From IMG/VR virus record IMGVR_UViG_3300012922_000003, positions 1 to 43,854 of that record: 43,854 bases of DNA; one strand, written 5' to 3'. Below the pieces are notes generated by a model. The model had not been told where the DNA came from. It searched no databases and saw nothing but the letters and a program-made list of their open reading frames with translations. The translations under genes and the position numbers were made by a program. Of the stretch, positions 23,599 to 32,957 are shown in pieces; within the stretch, counting starts at the first letter, position 1; every line of letters begins with the position of its first letter. The DNA is from a virus.

Positions 23599-23868
23599 TT
23601 ACGGTTGAGAGTCGGTTTTCATCGCCGGGTGCAGCGCGATGAACGAGGCCAGCCCCGGCAGCGCCAGCGCCCAGACGAAGGCCACATCGAACCAGTCCAG
23701 CAACGGCTGACCGAGCCACGCCTTCGGCTGCGCGATGATGAGGTAGAACCCCATCCCGCAAAGCGCGAGCGCCACCTTCACGACTGCGGTAGGGATGGAC
23801 TTCTTCGCGTTGAGGAACTGGCCGAGCGCCGCCACGGCAACGCCGGCCAGCATCAGCAAGAACTGCAT
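23599..23868 (-). CDS. Holin candidate (89 aa, three hydrophobic segments)
   Basis: ATG at 23868 preceded by AGGAGGAGG. Sequence is MQFLLMLAGVAVAALGQFL...VVKVALALCGMGFYLIIA...VAFVWALALPGLASFIAL. Confidence 0.5.
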   Translation of the reverse strand: MQFLLMLAGVAVAALGQFLNAKKSIPTAVVKVALALCGMGFYLIIAQPKAWLGQPLLDWFDVAFVWALALPGLASFIALHPAMKTDSQP

Positions 23869-23879
23869 GGCACCTCCTC

Positions 23880-24056
23880 CTACGCAGGTTCGTACTTCGC
23901 GGTGAAGTCGGCGTCCGAGAGGACTTCCTCCGTCTCGTCCGCGTGCACGACGATCCAACTCTCGGCCACCACGCCGAGGTTCGACGCGAGCGGCTCGTGG
24001 AGTTGGATGGCCTCGACCATTTCCGGGTTGCTCGGGCGCCTCTTGAACTGCGGCAT
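23880..24056 (-). CDS. Small hypothetical protein (58 aa)
   Basis: Below the track cut-off. ATG at 24056 with GGAGGT upstream. Sequence is MPQFKRRPSNPEMVEAIQLHEPL...SWIVVHADETEEVLSDADFTAKYEPA. Confidence 0.4.
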   Translation of the reverse strand: MPQFKRRPSNPEMVEAIQLHEPLASNLGVVAESWIVVHADETEEVLSDADFTAKYEPA

Positions 24057-24082
24057 GGCTACCTCCGGTCAGGGTTGACGGC

Positions 24083-24184
24083 TCAGCGGGACTTCGCGAA
24101 CAAACCGGCTGCACCGAGGATCAGCGCGATCCACAGCAGCGCGTTGCCCAAGTTCCAGCAGACGAAGCGACGGTAGCAGCTCAT
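24083..24184 (-). CDS. 33-aa single-TM peptide
   Basis: The ATG overlaps the stop of 24181..24501 (ATGA). Sequence is MSCYRRFVCWNLGNALLWIALILGAAGLFAKSR. Confidence 0.35.
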   Translation of the reverse strand: MSCYRRFVCWNLGNALLWIALILGAAGLFAKSR

Positions 24185-24501
24185 TTCTTCTTGAGGGCGT
24201 CGTTCACGCGGTCCTCAAGCCTCAGCAGCCCGGTCTGGATGTTGGCACAGTCCTGCACTACGGCGGTGCTCTCGCGGACCACCTGCCCCAGCCGCTCGCG
24301 GTCCTCCTTGACGCTGGCTTCGACCGCCGCCAGCCGGGCGGTGAGCGCGGCGCGCTCCTCGCTCGACTTCCCGAGCGCGGCCTGGGCCTTCTCCAGTTCG
24401 CTCCCGAGTTTCCCCACGCGCCAGTGCGTGACTGCCGCCTGCGCCACGACTCCCGCAACGCCTAGGCCAGCCACAATCCATGCCGGATCGACTTTTTCCA
24501 A
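24181..24501 (-). CDS. i-spanin-like protein (N-terminal TM helix plus coiled coil)
   Basis: 106 aa, TTG start with GAGAGGAAG upstream. AWIVAGLGVAGVVAQAAV is followed by a long charged helix. It lies next to the endolysin. Confidence 0.45.
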   Translation of the reverse strand: MEKVDPAWIVAGLGVAGVVAQAAVTHWRVGKLGSELEKAQAALGKSSEERAALTARLAAVEASVKEDRERLGQVVRESTAVVQDCANIQTGLLRLEDRVNDALKKK

Positions 24502-24566
24502 CGCTTCCTCTCACGGGGACTGATGCCTCCCTAGCCGGTTTGCCGGCGTGACTCTCGGCCTCTCGG

Positions 24567-25082
24567 TTACGCCAACTCGTCGAACTGGTCTGCGGCGCGA
24601 TTGAGCCAGCCTGCGGCGAACGTGGCCTGTGACGGTCGGCCAGAGATCAACCGCCCGTAGAAGCGGACGCGCTCCGCGAGGAAGCGCCGCGCCGTCTTGA
24701 GCCCGTCGAGCAGGTTGAGCGTTCCGAGCGTCTGCGGCCCCAGCACGCCGTCCTCGCGAACGCCCAGCACATGCTGGAGCAGCCGCGTTGACACCATCGG
24801 CCCGTGATTTACGGCGGCGTCTACGATGCACGCGCGCAGAACCTCGGAGGCGATGCCGTCGTAGCCTGGCTTGATGATGTAGCGGTTGAGGAGGATCGCG
24901 CGGGCTTCCTCGACGGTCAGCGCTTTCACTTCGTCAGCGGTGGCGATGCGGCCGAGCCTGCGTGAATCTCCGAGCGTGGCGGCGGTGATGCCGAAGTTGG
25001 TGGGGCCGCCCTTGTCGGCGGGGTTGTCCACGAAGCCGCCCTCGCGCTGGAGCACGCGGTCGATCATCTCGGCGTCGGTCAC
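24567..25082 (-). CDS. Endolysin, GH108 lysozyme with a C-terminal peptidoglycan-binding domain
   Basis: 171 aa from the GTG at 25082 (GTGA overlap with the giant gene's stop). LQREGGFVDNPADKGGPTNFGIT is the GH108 signature. The long track ORF extension was rejected. Confidence 0.85.
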   Translation of the reverse strand: MTDAEMIDRVLQREGGFVDNPADKGGPTNFGITAATLGDSRRLGRIATADEVKALTVEEARAILLNRYIIKPGYDGIASEVLRACIVDAAVNHGPMVSTRLLQHVLGVREDGVLGPQTLGTLNLLDGLKTARRFLAERVRFYGRLISGRPSQATFAAGWLNRAADQFDELA

Positions 25083-28000
25083 GCGGCTCTCCTGCGCCGG
25101 TGGATCGGGCGCCGGGCGCGGTCCTCGCGCTGCGGATCGAGCGTGCGGTTGATATACATGAGGCGCTCGACGGGGGTGAGCCCGACCTCCTTCGAGCGGA
25201 TGCCGAGGATGTCGTAGATCGCTGGCACGCGGTCGAACACTTCCGGCATCGACGACACGCCGCGCTTCAACGCCTGCAAGCCCGGGATGAAGCGCCAGCG
25301 GGCGAAGTCGGCGACGGTCTGCGCCGGGTTGCTTCCGAACTCCGAGACGGCGGTCGGGATCGGACCCTCGACGGCGCGCGACAGGCCGCCTGCGACCTCG
25401 GTGGCTGCCCGCAGAACCGTCGGCGTTTTCTTCCCGGTCGCCGAGTAGGGGATGAAGCCCTCGCTGCCGCGCTCGGTGAACTGGAGCGCCCGCTTGGCCG
25501 CACGGTTGCGCGGCTGCGACAGCGCCCACGACAGAACGCCCAGCGCGAACAGCGCCGGCACGCCACCGATCACCAGGTTGACGCCCGCGCCCATCGCCAC
25601 GCCCAGCATCACGCCCGCCACCGTCATGCTGCGCACGAAGGCGTTGCCAGAGTTCCTGACGCCAGCAGGCGCGCCGCGCTCGTCCATCGCCCTGAGCAGC
25701 GGGCTCTCCGCACCCGGGTAGCGCGAGAGCCGCGGCCCCTTCGCCGGCCGTGCTGGCAGTGGAGCGGTCACGGCGGCCGTGACGGACTTCGCCGCTCCCT
25801 CGACGTTGCGCACACCGAAGCGCAGGAACGACTGAGGCCAGGTCGTGAGGCCGCCGAACACGCGCCCCAGCGGCCCGGCCTGCCAGAGTGGCTGGCTCAT
25901 GCCGTTCCACCGGAACTGTGTCACCGTCATGGCGTCCGCGACGAAGCGAGCGGTGCCGCCGGGTTCGCGGCTCGCCGAATGCCACAGGTCCGTGAGCACT
26001 CTCATGCGAGCATTGTCCTCAGCGGTGTAGGTCCTGTCTACGGCCGCCATGTCGAGCCCCAAGCGCCGGGCGTGCGCCAACGCCGCAAACGCGTCCCAGG
26101 CACGCTGGAAGGAGAGGACCGCGTGCAGCGGTCCGAGCGGGGTCCGCCACCACGGAGCCTCGCCCCGCGTCTTACCCGAGCGCGCCGTCTCCTCCAGCGA
26201 AAAGCCCTCGAATCCGCGCGGACCCAGCGCCTCAGACGCGAAGTGCGCGGCGGTCAGCGGGATCAGCGCGCGGAAGTGCTCGGCCTGCTCCGCCGTCAGA
26301 TGCCCGCTCGCCTCCCAGCGGTCGATCTCGCGCAGCAGCGCGTTGGTCTTGAACTTGCCGACCGCGCCAGTGAACCCCTGCGCCGCGTTCACGAAGCCAT
26401 GCTCGGGGATCACCGTGACGAAGTTCTGGAGCGTGTGCTTCGTGATGGTGGAGGGGTTCCAGCCCACGAGGGCGCGAACGGTCGAGCGCGAGTACGAAGC
26501 CAGCGAGGCCGCCGGGTTGTGGTACATCGCCAGCGCGCGAGAGCGGGCCGCGATGGCCTCGCGCACGTGCGCCTCGGGCACATTCCACTCGCGCTGCATC
26601 AGCACGCGCGCCTTCGTCCCGAGGAAGTTCTTCAACTTGAAGAGCGTGCGCAGGTCGGGCGCACCGCTGGCGTGGATCATCGCGCCTTCGGCTCCGGGCT
26701 GCACCGGCCCGGCGTAGATCGTGCCGCCGTGCGGCGTCGTCCCGACGGCGTGATAGGTCGGCTCCCCGTCGTGTGTCGGGATGCCGATGCTCGCGCCTTC
26801 CTTCACGTAGACGTAGTGCTGATAGGGCACGCGGCTCGCCCCGCCGCCGGTCGTCGGCTTGACGGTGCGCCACAGCCGTGCGTCCTCGCGGTTCGTGAGA
26901 TCGAGCCCGGCGAGCGCCGCAGCGTGCTCCTGCGAGACCTCGAGCGTGCCGTCGATGCCGCGCGCGAAGGTCAGCCAGCGCATCCCGTTGTCGACCCACT
27001 GGTGGAGGACGCCGGGCTTGCGCGCGATCCAGGTCTCGGCCCAGGTGCGCACCAGCGCCGCGCGGTTCTGATCCCGCAGCGCCTCTTCGCTGCCGAGGTA
27101 CTCGTTGATCGCGTCGACCACGTGGTTCTTCGCCATCCAGTTGACGTGCGCGTTCGTGCGCCGCATGAAGGCGGACCAGAAACCTTCGGCTTCGCCTTCG
27201 GGCGCGACGCGGTGCTCGAGAAAGCGGTTCCACAGCTCGTCGAGCTCGGCCGCAGGGAGCGAGGCGCGGGCGCGGATCTTGCCGAAGAACTCGACGATGT
27301 TCTTGGGCACCGGCCCGGCCCGCTGCGGCAGGTAGTTCTCCAAGCGCGCTGGAAGTTCGTGGTGGGAGTAGCCGCGCTCCAACAGGTCGTGCGCTTCCGT
27401 CATAAACTCCACATCAAGGATCTGGCGCAGCTTCGCGAGCATCGGCGCGAACTGCTTCGGGACCGCGTGCGGTTGGCCGCGCAGGGCCTTCTCGATCTCG
27501 AAGTCGCCGACCCCGTACTGCCGCGCGTAGCGCATTCCGGCGGGCCCGAGCGCGAGCGCGGCCGCCTCGCGGTAGAAGTTGGCGTAATCGCTGGCCTGCG
27601 CCTCGAAGATGGCGTGGGCGGCGCGCACCGACGGCGGGAGGATGTCCTGCCCGGTGGCGAGGACGCCGCTGCGCGCCATGAGGCGCGAACTCGCGTAGTC
27701 GCTCCAGGCGTCCTGCTCGTATTGGACGGCGACGCGCTTCACGGTGTTGCCGTGCTCGTCGACGAACCGCAGGTCGCGCTCCGCCCTCGGAATCCTCTGC
27801 CAGAGCCGCTGCATCGCGCGCGGGACGCCGCGCACCAGCGCCTCGTGCAGACCGGACACGCCGAACGCCGAGAGCGAGCCGCCGACCGGCGGCGGCATCT
27901 CGTCGGCCGGGGTCCACTCCCCGAGTTGCTGGTCCACCCAGCGGCCGACTTCCGCGGCCGCGTCCACCAGCGAGCCGCCGGGCTTCTGCAACGCCTGGAG

Positions 28001-30886
28001 GAAGCGGGCCTGCGCCTCGTTCTTGAGCTTCTCTGCGAGCTTCGCCTCGGCGTGGAAGCGATTGAGCAGCAGTTCGCCGGCCTTGACCTCAGCCTTCGAG
28101 ACCTTCGGGCGCTTGAGCAGGTCCTTGAGCGCCCTAACCGCGCCACTGGCCTTGGCACGCGCCTTCACCGCATGGCCGACCGCGCGCACCATGTAATCGC
28201 TCGCCGCGTCGGGGCTGATGGCGCCAGGCCCCATGTCGGCTTTCGAGAGCAGGTCGAGCTGCTGCGTGCGCTTGAGGACTTCGATATAGAACTCCGTCAC
28301 GCCCTTGAGCACCGGCAGCGACGAGATGCGCCCGTCGGCGAGGCGTGCGAGCCACGAGCGCTGGTGCACCGGCGCGATCCGGTACTCGCGCACCAGTGCT
28401 CCGATGTGAGCACCCGCTGCGGCCGGAAGTCCCTGCTCGCCGAAATACTGGCGGCGCAGTTCGTCGTCGACGTGACCGAGATCGAGCAGTTGCCGCGCCT
28501 TCGCCTCGCTCCCGCCAGCAGCCTGACGCGCCACCTCTCTGAGCGAGAGCCCGCGGTCGGTCAGGCGCTTCACGACGCCAGCCTGCTCAGAGAGCGTGTT
28601 CGGTTTGCCCTGGAAGTTCGAGGTGTCGGCGTAGTTGAGCGCCTGGGCGTAGGTGCCCTCAAACGGTGCCACGGCCACGTCGCGATCCGAGGTCCCGCCG
28701 CGATGGAGTTTGCCCTCCTGGTCGACCCACTCGTGCTGCGCGACGTAGGTGCGATGGTGGCCCGAGAGGACGTACACGCGACCTTCGGGACCGATCTCTC
28801 CCTTGCGGTCCACCCACGTCACGATCGGGTTGCGCCGGCCTTCCTCCTGCGAGTAGCCGCCGTACTTCTCGGCGAGCTGGAGCGCGTGCGCCTCGTCGAT
28901 GACGCCGCTCGGAATGTCGCGCTGCTGGAACGGCTTGTGGAAGTGGAGAGACTGCGCGCGAACGGTCTGGGTCTCGGCGGGCAACGCGGGCTCCGGCGTG
29001 ACTCCTTCACGCAAACCGGGCGCCGACGGTGGAACCGCAGCACCAGGAGGACCCCCTCTCGGTTGAAGTGTGAGCGTAGGTGCCGGAGCCCGCTCCAATG
29101 TCTGTGGTTCGGCCGGGGGCGCGGCGGCCGTTGGGGCGCTAGCCGCCGTCTGGCCGCCTGTCCGCGTGGGTGCCCCCTGCTCGCTCTCGTTCTGCATCAA
29201 CGCGCTCATCTCGCCAGCGCCCTCGGGCACGATGGCCTGGTGGAGCGCAGCCACGTCGCGGAAGTAGAACGGCACCTCCTTGCCGGTTGCGTCCACAATG
29301 GTTACGCGCGTCTGCTGCGGCAGGCCGCTGTATGGGAAGTTGACGGCGCGCACGACCGTGCCAGTGACGACCGACTTCTCCGGTCTGCCGCTGGTTCCAC
29401 CGGGCAGATCGACGAGCATAGTGATCTTCTTACCGCCAAGTGTCTCAAGCAGTTGCGTGCTTGTCTCAAGCGATGCTTGCTGCGAGGCCGGATCGGGCGG
29501 GCCGGGGTCTCGGATGGCGTCGGCGATGGCCTGCACGCCCTTGGCCTGCGCCCGGGCTCGAGATGCGGCTTCGCGCACCTGGGCGTCCGTCGGGTTCTCC
29601 GGCAGCAGAGCGTAGAAGCGGTCCTGAGCCCCCCTGCTGGCCGTCCTGCCATGATCGAGCGGGTTGGGGGCCGTGGAGTCCAGCCCCCGGAGGATTGCCC
29701 GCACGACGCGAATCTGGCCTGCTGGCAGGGCAACCCGTGGCTCGGCCGGAGCCGGAGTGGGCGGCTGCGGCGCGGCGGGGGCGGTCCCCACCTGTGCCGG
29801 GCCAGCTCCCGGCGGCTCCGCAACCCCCTCCGGTGCGCTCCGCTTCGCTCCCCTGCGCACTCCAACGCCGGTCACGGCCGACAGGAGCGCCAGCCCGCCT
29901 GCGCTCTGGGCGGTCTCCTGCCACGACGGCCATTCGATGTTCTCGCCGGTGGCCTTGCGGATGGCGGTCTCGGTGACGGGGGCCGCGGCGCCGAACAGCG
30001 CGCCGGAGGCGACGGCCACGCCGGTCAGTTTAGCCGCCTGCCGAGCCGTGGCGGCGCTCTGCGCTCCGCGGCTCAGCATGTCGAGCCCGGACTTGACCGC
30101 GCGCTCCCCGGCCTGCTTGGGCGTCAGCTTCGAGGCGAGCCCCTCGGCGTAGGTCTCGGCGACGTGGCGCTCGACCCCGGCCGCGAACTCCGGCGCCTGC
30201 TTGGCGATGGCGCGCATGACGGGCGCGGCGACGAAATCGGCAAGCGGGCCGACAGCCGCGGAGGCCAAGGCCATGACACCAGCGCCGACGATCTTCTCTC
30301 GGGCCGTCCCGGGCTGCGCCAGCACCGGCGCTCCGCCAGCCAGAGCGCGGCCGGCAGCCGCCAGCGCCACGCGCGCTGGCAGCGCGGCCGTGACGCCCGC
30401 AGCCGTCAGCCCGTAGCCGACGATGCCGCCAGCGGTCTGAGCGATCTTCCCGGCCGTCCCGGTCGGCGTCTTGGCGAAGCGACCGGCGCGCGCCTGGGCT
30501 TCTGCGAGCGCCCAAAGCCCCGGATTAACGGCAGCGCTCGGGAGCGGAACACCTTCGACGCTCATCGCTGGCAGCGCGCCGAGGAAGCCCGAGGCCGCGC
30601 GCTTGAGGAGTGAGTCAGACTCCTTCGGCGCTGTGGCAGCGGGGGCGGGAGCCGCCGGGGCTGCGGCCGTCGTCTCTGGCGTGGCGGCCTTGGCCCTCTC
30701 GGCTCGGCCGCGCTCCAGCCACTCCGGGAGCTTCGCCGCCATCGCGGAGACCAGCGCACGGCGCTCGGGCGTGCCAGCCGCAGGGGCCGGGCGATTGAGC
30801 CACGCCTGCACGTCGGCGGGGAAGCTGTCCGGCGGGAACGAAGCGCGGGTCTTGGGCCCGATCAGGTCGAGCGCGGTCTCAGCCAT
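25079..30886 (-). CDS. Giant (1935 aa) putative internal/ejected virion protein with a central ParB-like nuclease/HTH domain and hydrophobic segments
   Basis: Longest ORF in the window, located where podoviruses carry internal core proteins. Residues ~645-810 (28457..28954) contain RVYVLSGHHRTYVA (codons verified on the DNA at 28760..28762) followed by LSLREVARQAAGGSEAKARQLLDLG. Gly/Ala-rich hydrophobic stretches occur near both ends. Confidence 0.7.
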   Translation of the reverse strand: MAETALDLIGPKTRASFPPDSFPADVQAWLNRPAPAAGTPERRALVSAMAAKLPEWLERGRAERAKAATPETTAAAPAAPAPAATAPKESDSLLKRAASGFLGALPAMSVEGVPLPSAAVNPGLWALAEAQARAGRFAKTPTGTAGKIAQTAGGIVGYGLTAAGVTAALPARVALAAAGRALAGGAPVLAQPGTAREKIVGAGVMALASAAVGPLADFVAAPVMRAIAKQAPEFAAGVERHVAETYAEGLASKLTPKQAGERAVKSGLDMLSRGAQSAATARQAAKLTGVAVASGALFGAAAPVTETAIRKATGENIEWPSWQETAQSAGGLALLSAVTGVGVRRGAKRSAPEGVAEPPGAGPAQVGTAPAAPQPPTPAPAEPRVALPAGQIRVVRAILRGLDSTAPNPLDHGRTASRGAQDRFYALLPENPTDAQVREAASRARAQAKGVQAIADAIRDPGPPDPASQQASLETSTQLLETLGGKKITMLVDLPGGTSGRPEKSVVTGTVVRAVNFPYSGLPQQTRVTIVDATGKEVPFYFRDVAALHQAIVPEGAGEMSALMQNESEQGAPTRTGGQTAASAPTAAAPPAEPQTLERAPAPTLTLQPRGGPPGAAVPPSAPGLREGVTPEPALPAETQTVRAQSLHFHKPFQQRDIPSGVIDEAHALQLAEKYGGYSQEEGRRNPIVTWVDRKGEIGPEGRVYVLSGHHRTYVAQHEWVDQEGKLHRGGTSDRDVAVAPFEGTYAQALNYADTSNFQGKPNTLSEQAGVVKRLTDRGLSLREVARQAAGGSEAKARQLLDLGHVDDELRRQYFGEQGLPAAAGAHIGALVREYRIAPVHQRSWLARLADGRISSLPVLKGVTEFYIEVLKRTQQLDLLSKADMGPGAISPDAASDYMVRAVGHAVKARAKASGAVRALKDLLKRPKVSKAEVKAGELLLNRFHAEAKLAEKLKNEAQARFLQALQKPGGSLVDAAAEVGRWVDQQLGEWTPADEMPPPVGGSLSAFGVSGLHEALVRGVPRAMQRLWQRIPRAERDLRFVDEHGNTVKRVAVQYEQDAWSDYASSRLMARSGVLATGQDILPPSVRAAHAIFEAQASDYANFYREAAALALGPAGMRYARQYGVGDFEIEKALRGQPHAVPKQFAPMLAKLRQILDVEFMTEAHDLLERGYSHHELPARLENYLPQRAGPVPKNIVEFFGKIRARASLPAAELDELWNRFLEHRVAPEGEAEGFWSAFMRRTNAHVNWMAKNHVVDAINEYLGSEEALRDQNRAALVRTWAETWIARKPGVLHQWVDNGMRWLTFARGIDGTLEVSQEHAAALAGLDLTNREDARLWRTVKPTTGGGASRVPYQHYVYVKEGASIGIPTHDGEPTYHAVGTTPHGGTIYAGPVQPGAEGAMIHASGAPDLRTLFKLKNFLGTKARVLMQREWNVPEAHVREAIAARSRALAMYHNPAASLASYSRSTVRALVGWNPSTITKHTLQNFVTVIPEHGFVNAAQGFTGAVGKFKTNALLREIDRWEASGHLTAEQAEHFRALIPLTAAHFASEALGPRGFEGFSLEETARSGKTRGEAPWWRTPLGPLHAVLSFQRAWDAFAALAHARRLGLDMAAVDRTYTAEDNARMRVLTDLWHSASREPGGTARFVADAMTVTQFRWNGMSQPLWQAGPLGRVFGGLTTWPQSFLRFGVRNVEGAAKSVTAAVTAPLPARPAKGPRLSRYPGAESPLLRAMDERGAPAGVRNSGNAFVRSMTVAGVMLGVAMGAGVNLVIGGVPALFALGVLSWALSQPRNRAAKRALQFTERGSEGFIPYSATGKKTPTVLRAATEVAGGLSRAVEGPIPTAVSEFGSNPAQTVADFARWRFIPGLQALKRGVSSMPEVFDRVPAIYDILGIRSKEVGLTPVERLMYINRTLDPQREDRARRPIHRRRRAA

Positions 30887-30892
30887 GCTCGG

Positions 30893-31888
30893 CTACGGGA
30901 GGTTGTCTGCGCTCGCCGCCTCTTCCGGCGTCGGTTGCGCTGACGGCTGGAGGTTCAGCGACTCGCGCGTGATGACATCCTCGTGGAGCCTGCGCTGCGG
31001 CGCGAGCACCGCTGAGACTCCTGCGCGCGAACGCTCCAAGGTGCTGGCGTAGAGTTGCTTCTTCGCCTCAACGATGGCCGACCGCTTGTCCGCGACACTG
31101 AGCGAACCAATCCAGTCCTGCGGCGAGACGGCGATCCCGTAGCGCTTGAGCGCCTTGCCCACGAGTTTCTCATTCGTCGGTCCGCTGGGGCCGAACAGTC
31201 CAGCCAAGCCCTGCGATTCGTTCGCTCCCAGTCCAAGCAACGGATCGTAGGCGCGAGCTGTCTGATCCACGGCGCGCTGCGCGTTGCGCTTCGCGAGCGC
31301 CTCGGTGCGCGCGTCGATGTCGCCGATGGCGGCCTTCGCGGCCGAGTACCGCTTCACCGAGCCGGCGCGAGTCGTGGCGCGGCGGTCGATCTCCTTCTGG
31401 CGCTCGCCCTGCATGTAGACGGACAGTTCGGCGGTCGGGACCTCGGTGCCAGCCTTGTAGGGCCCGATGTCGCGCGTGAGCTTCACGCTGGTCCCGGGGC
31501 TGGACCCGGGATGGAGGCGGTCGTATCCGGCGATGTATTCCGGCCCCGTCAGTCCACCGACCTTCTGGCCGCCCGGCACCTGGAGGTCGTAGCGGCCCGT
31601 CACCTCGGCTCTGAGTTTCGCGATCTCCGCCCGCGTTTTCTCCTGCTCGAGTTCCGCCGCCTTGGCGCGCAGCCGGTAGTTGGCGCGTTCCCGCAAAGCA
31701 CGCGCCGCTGCCACGCCGACGTTCATCAAGCCAGCGGCGGTGGTCGCGGAGCCCGGGCCGAAGGGCTCCGGGGCGGGGATCTCGGGCCCAGCTTCGTTCA
31801 GACCCTTCGTGACCCCGGCTGCGCCAGCCCTGAGCCGGGCGAGCGCGTGCACCGCGAAGTCGCGCGAGGACGACGCGAGCGACGGCAT
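30893..31888 (-). CDS. Internal virion protein candidate
   Basis: 331-aa ORF adjacent to the giant protein, containing a coiled-coil segment. Confidence 0.45.
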   Translation of the reverse strand: MPSLASSSRDFAVHALARLRAGAAGVTKGLNEAGPEIPAPEPFGPGSATTAAGLMNVGVAAARALRERANYRLRAKAAELEQEKTRAEIAKLRAEVTGRYDLQVPGGQKVGGLTGPEYIAGYDRLHPGSSPGTSVKLTRDIGPYKAGTEVPTAELSVYMQGERQKEIDRRATTRAGSVKRYSAAKAAIGDIDARTEALAKRNAQRAVDQTARAYDPLLGLGANESQGLAGLFGPSGPTNEKLVGKALKRYGIAVSPQDWIGSLSVADKRSAIVEAKKQLYASTLERSRAGVSAVLAPQRRLHEDVITRESLNLQPSAQPTPEEAASADNLP

Positions 31889-31891
31889 GGC

Positions 31892-32509
31892 TCAGTACGC
31901 CTGCGGAACGCGGTAGGTGTTGCTCCCCGGCACGCCGCCAGAGGGATCGTAGCCGTAGGCCGAGCCGGAGGCGGTCCCCGAGCCGGCGGCAGCGGGCGCA
32001 GCCCCCTTGGCTCCAGCGCCGGGTGCTCCGCCTCCGGCGAATCCGGCGATGCTCCCGACCACGGTGCTCATCGAGTTCCAGAACGCCGCGGTCTGCGCAT
32101 CGCGGCTCTGCTGCTCTCGGTCGGCGAGATGAGTCTGCGCTCCGAAGGCGGCGAGTGCCACGTTCTGCCCGTAGGACTCGCGGCCCATGCGGATGTTGTA
32201 GAGCTGCTCCTCCGCCGACGTGCCGGCCTGCTGGCGACCGTAGGCGGTCTGATCGTTGATGCGCGCGATGTCGCGCTCGCTGGAGGGCGAGCCGGCGAGG
32301 CCGCGCGCCTGAGACCGCCGCAGCGCCTCCATGCGTGCGTAGTCGCCGGAGGCGGTGGCGGCTTCAGTGAGGCGCCCGCGGGTGAGTTCGGCGGCGCGGT
32401 AGTCCTCTGGGGTGAGGTATCCGGTCGGCCGCGAGGCACGCAGTTCCGCGATGGCCGCGCGGTAGTCGTGGCCGATGCCGCTGTGCTTCCTGCGCCCGAA
32501 GAGACCCAT
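31892..32509 (-). CDS. Internal virion protein candidate
   Basis: 205-aa ORF with a Gly/Ala-rich C-terminus. The call rests on position. Confidence 0.4.
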   Translation of the reverse strand: MGLFGRRKHSGIGHDYRAAIAELRASRPTGYLTPEDYRAAELTRGRLTEAATASGDYARMEALRRSQARGLAGSPSSERDIARINDQTAYGRQQAGTSAEEQLYNIRMGRESYGQNVALAAFGAQTHLADREQQSRDAQTAAFWNSMSTVVGSIAGFAGGGAPGAGAKGAAPAAAGSGTASGSAYGYDPSGGVPGSNTYRVPQAY

Positions 32510-32519
32510 CGCTACGCTC

Positions 32520-32954
32520 CTAGAGCTTGATGATGAAGGCGACCGAGTAGAACGCCGGCTCGCTGTTCACGGTGTCGTGCGTGAGCGTGGCTGGAGTTCC
32601 GGTGAAGGTCGGCGCCGGGTGCGTGTGCGTGTTGTCCGCCGCCGTGGTCCCGAGCGCTCCGATCGAGACGCCTGCCGTCGCCGTGGCTGAGACCGCGCTC
32701 ACCGTGCCAGCGGGCGTGTGCGAGTGGCTGGCGTGTGTGTGTGTCGCCGCCCCTCCGGTGACGCCGGGGTCGACCGCCGCCGCCGCGCCCTTCACGAACT
32801 TCGAGCGCAGGTCCGGCCTGCCGCCACCGCCGTCGCACAGCGCCCAGCCGGTCGGGATCGAGGCCAGCACGCCCGACCACATGCAGATCAGCCCAGCCGG
32901 GATCACGCCCACGCCGTCGTAGGCGTCCCGCAGCGTCGTCCTGGTCGAAGCCAT
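32520..32954 (-). CDS. Phage tail-collar domain fibre protein
   Basis: GVIPAGLICMWSGVLASIPTGWALCDGGGGRPDLRSKFVKG followed by H.H-rich repeats (THTHASHSHT, THTHPAPTFTG). Confidence 0.7.
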   Translation of the reverse strand: MASTRTTLRDAYDGVGVIPAGLICMWSGVLASIPTGWALCDGGGGRPDLRSKFVKGAAAAVDPGVTGGAATHTHASHSHTPAGTVSAVSATATAGVSIGALGTTAADNTHTHPAPTFTGTPATLTHDTVNSEPAFYSVAFIIKL

Positions 32955-32957
32955 CGG

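Noticed and set aside
9705-25985. Long N-terminal extensions in track ORFs (e.g. 9705..10376, 14288..15310, 17854..18699, 19955..20959, 23599..24114, 24567..25985)
   Set aside because: The extensions are Arg-rich, overlap upstream genes and lack SD sequences. Internal starts with SD or 4-nt coupling give products that begin at the recognisable domains.
25100-30613. 1837-aa ORF on the plus strand, antisense to the giant gene
   Set aside because: It is extremely Arg/His/Asp/Gly-rich with almost no Lys/Asn/Tyr/Phe, which is typical of a shadow ORF in a GC-rich genome. The minus-strand frame has protein-like composition, recognisable domains and coupled neighbours.
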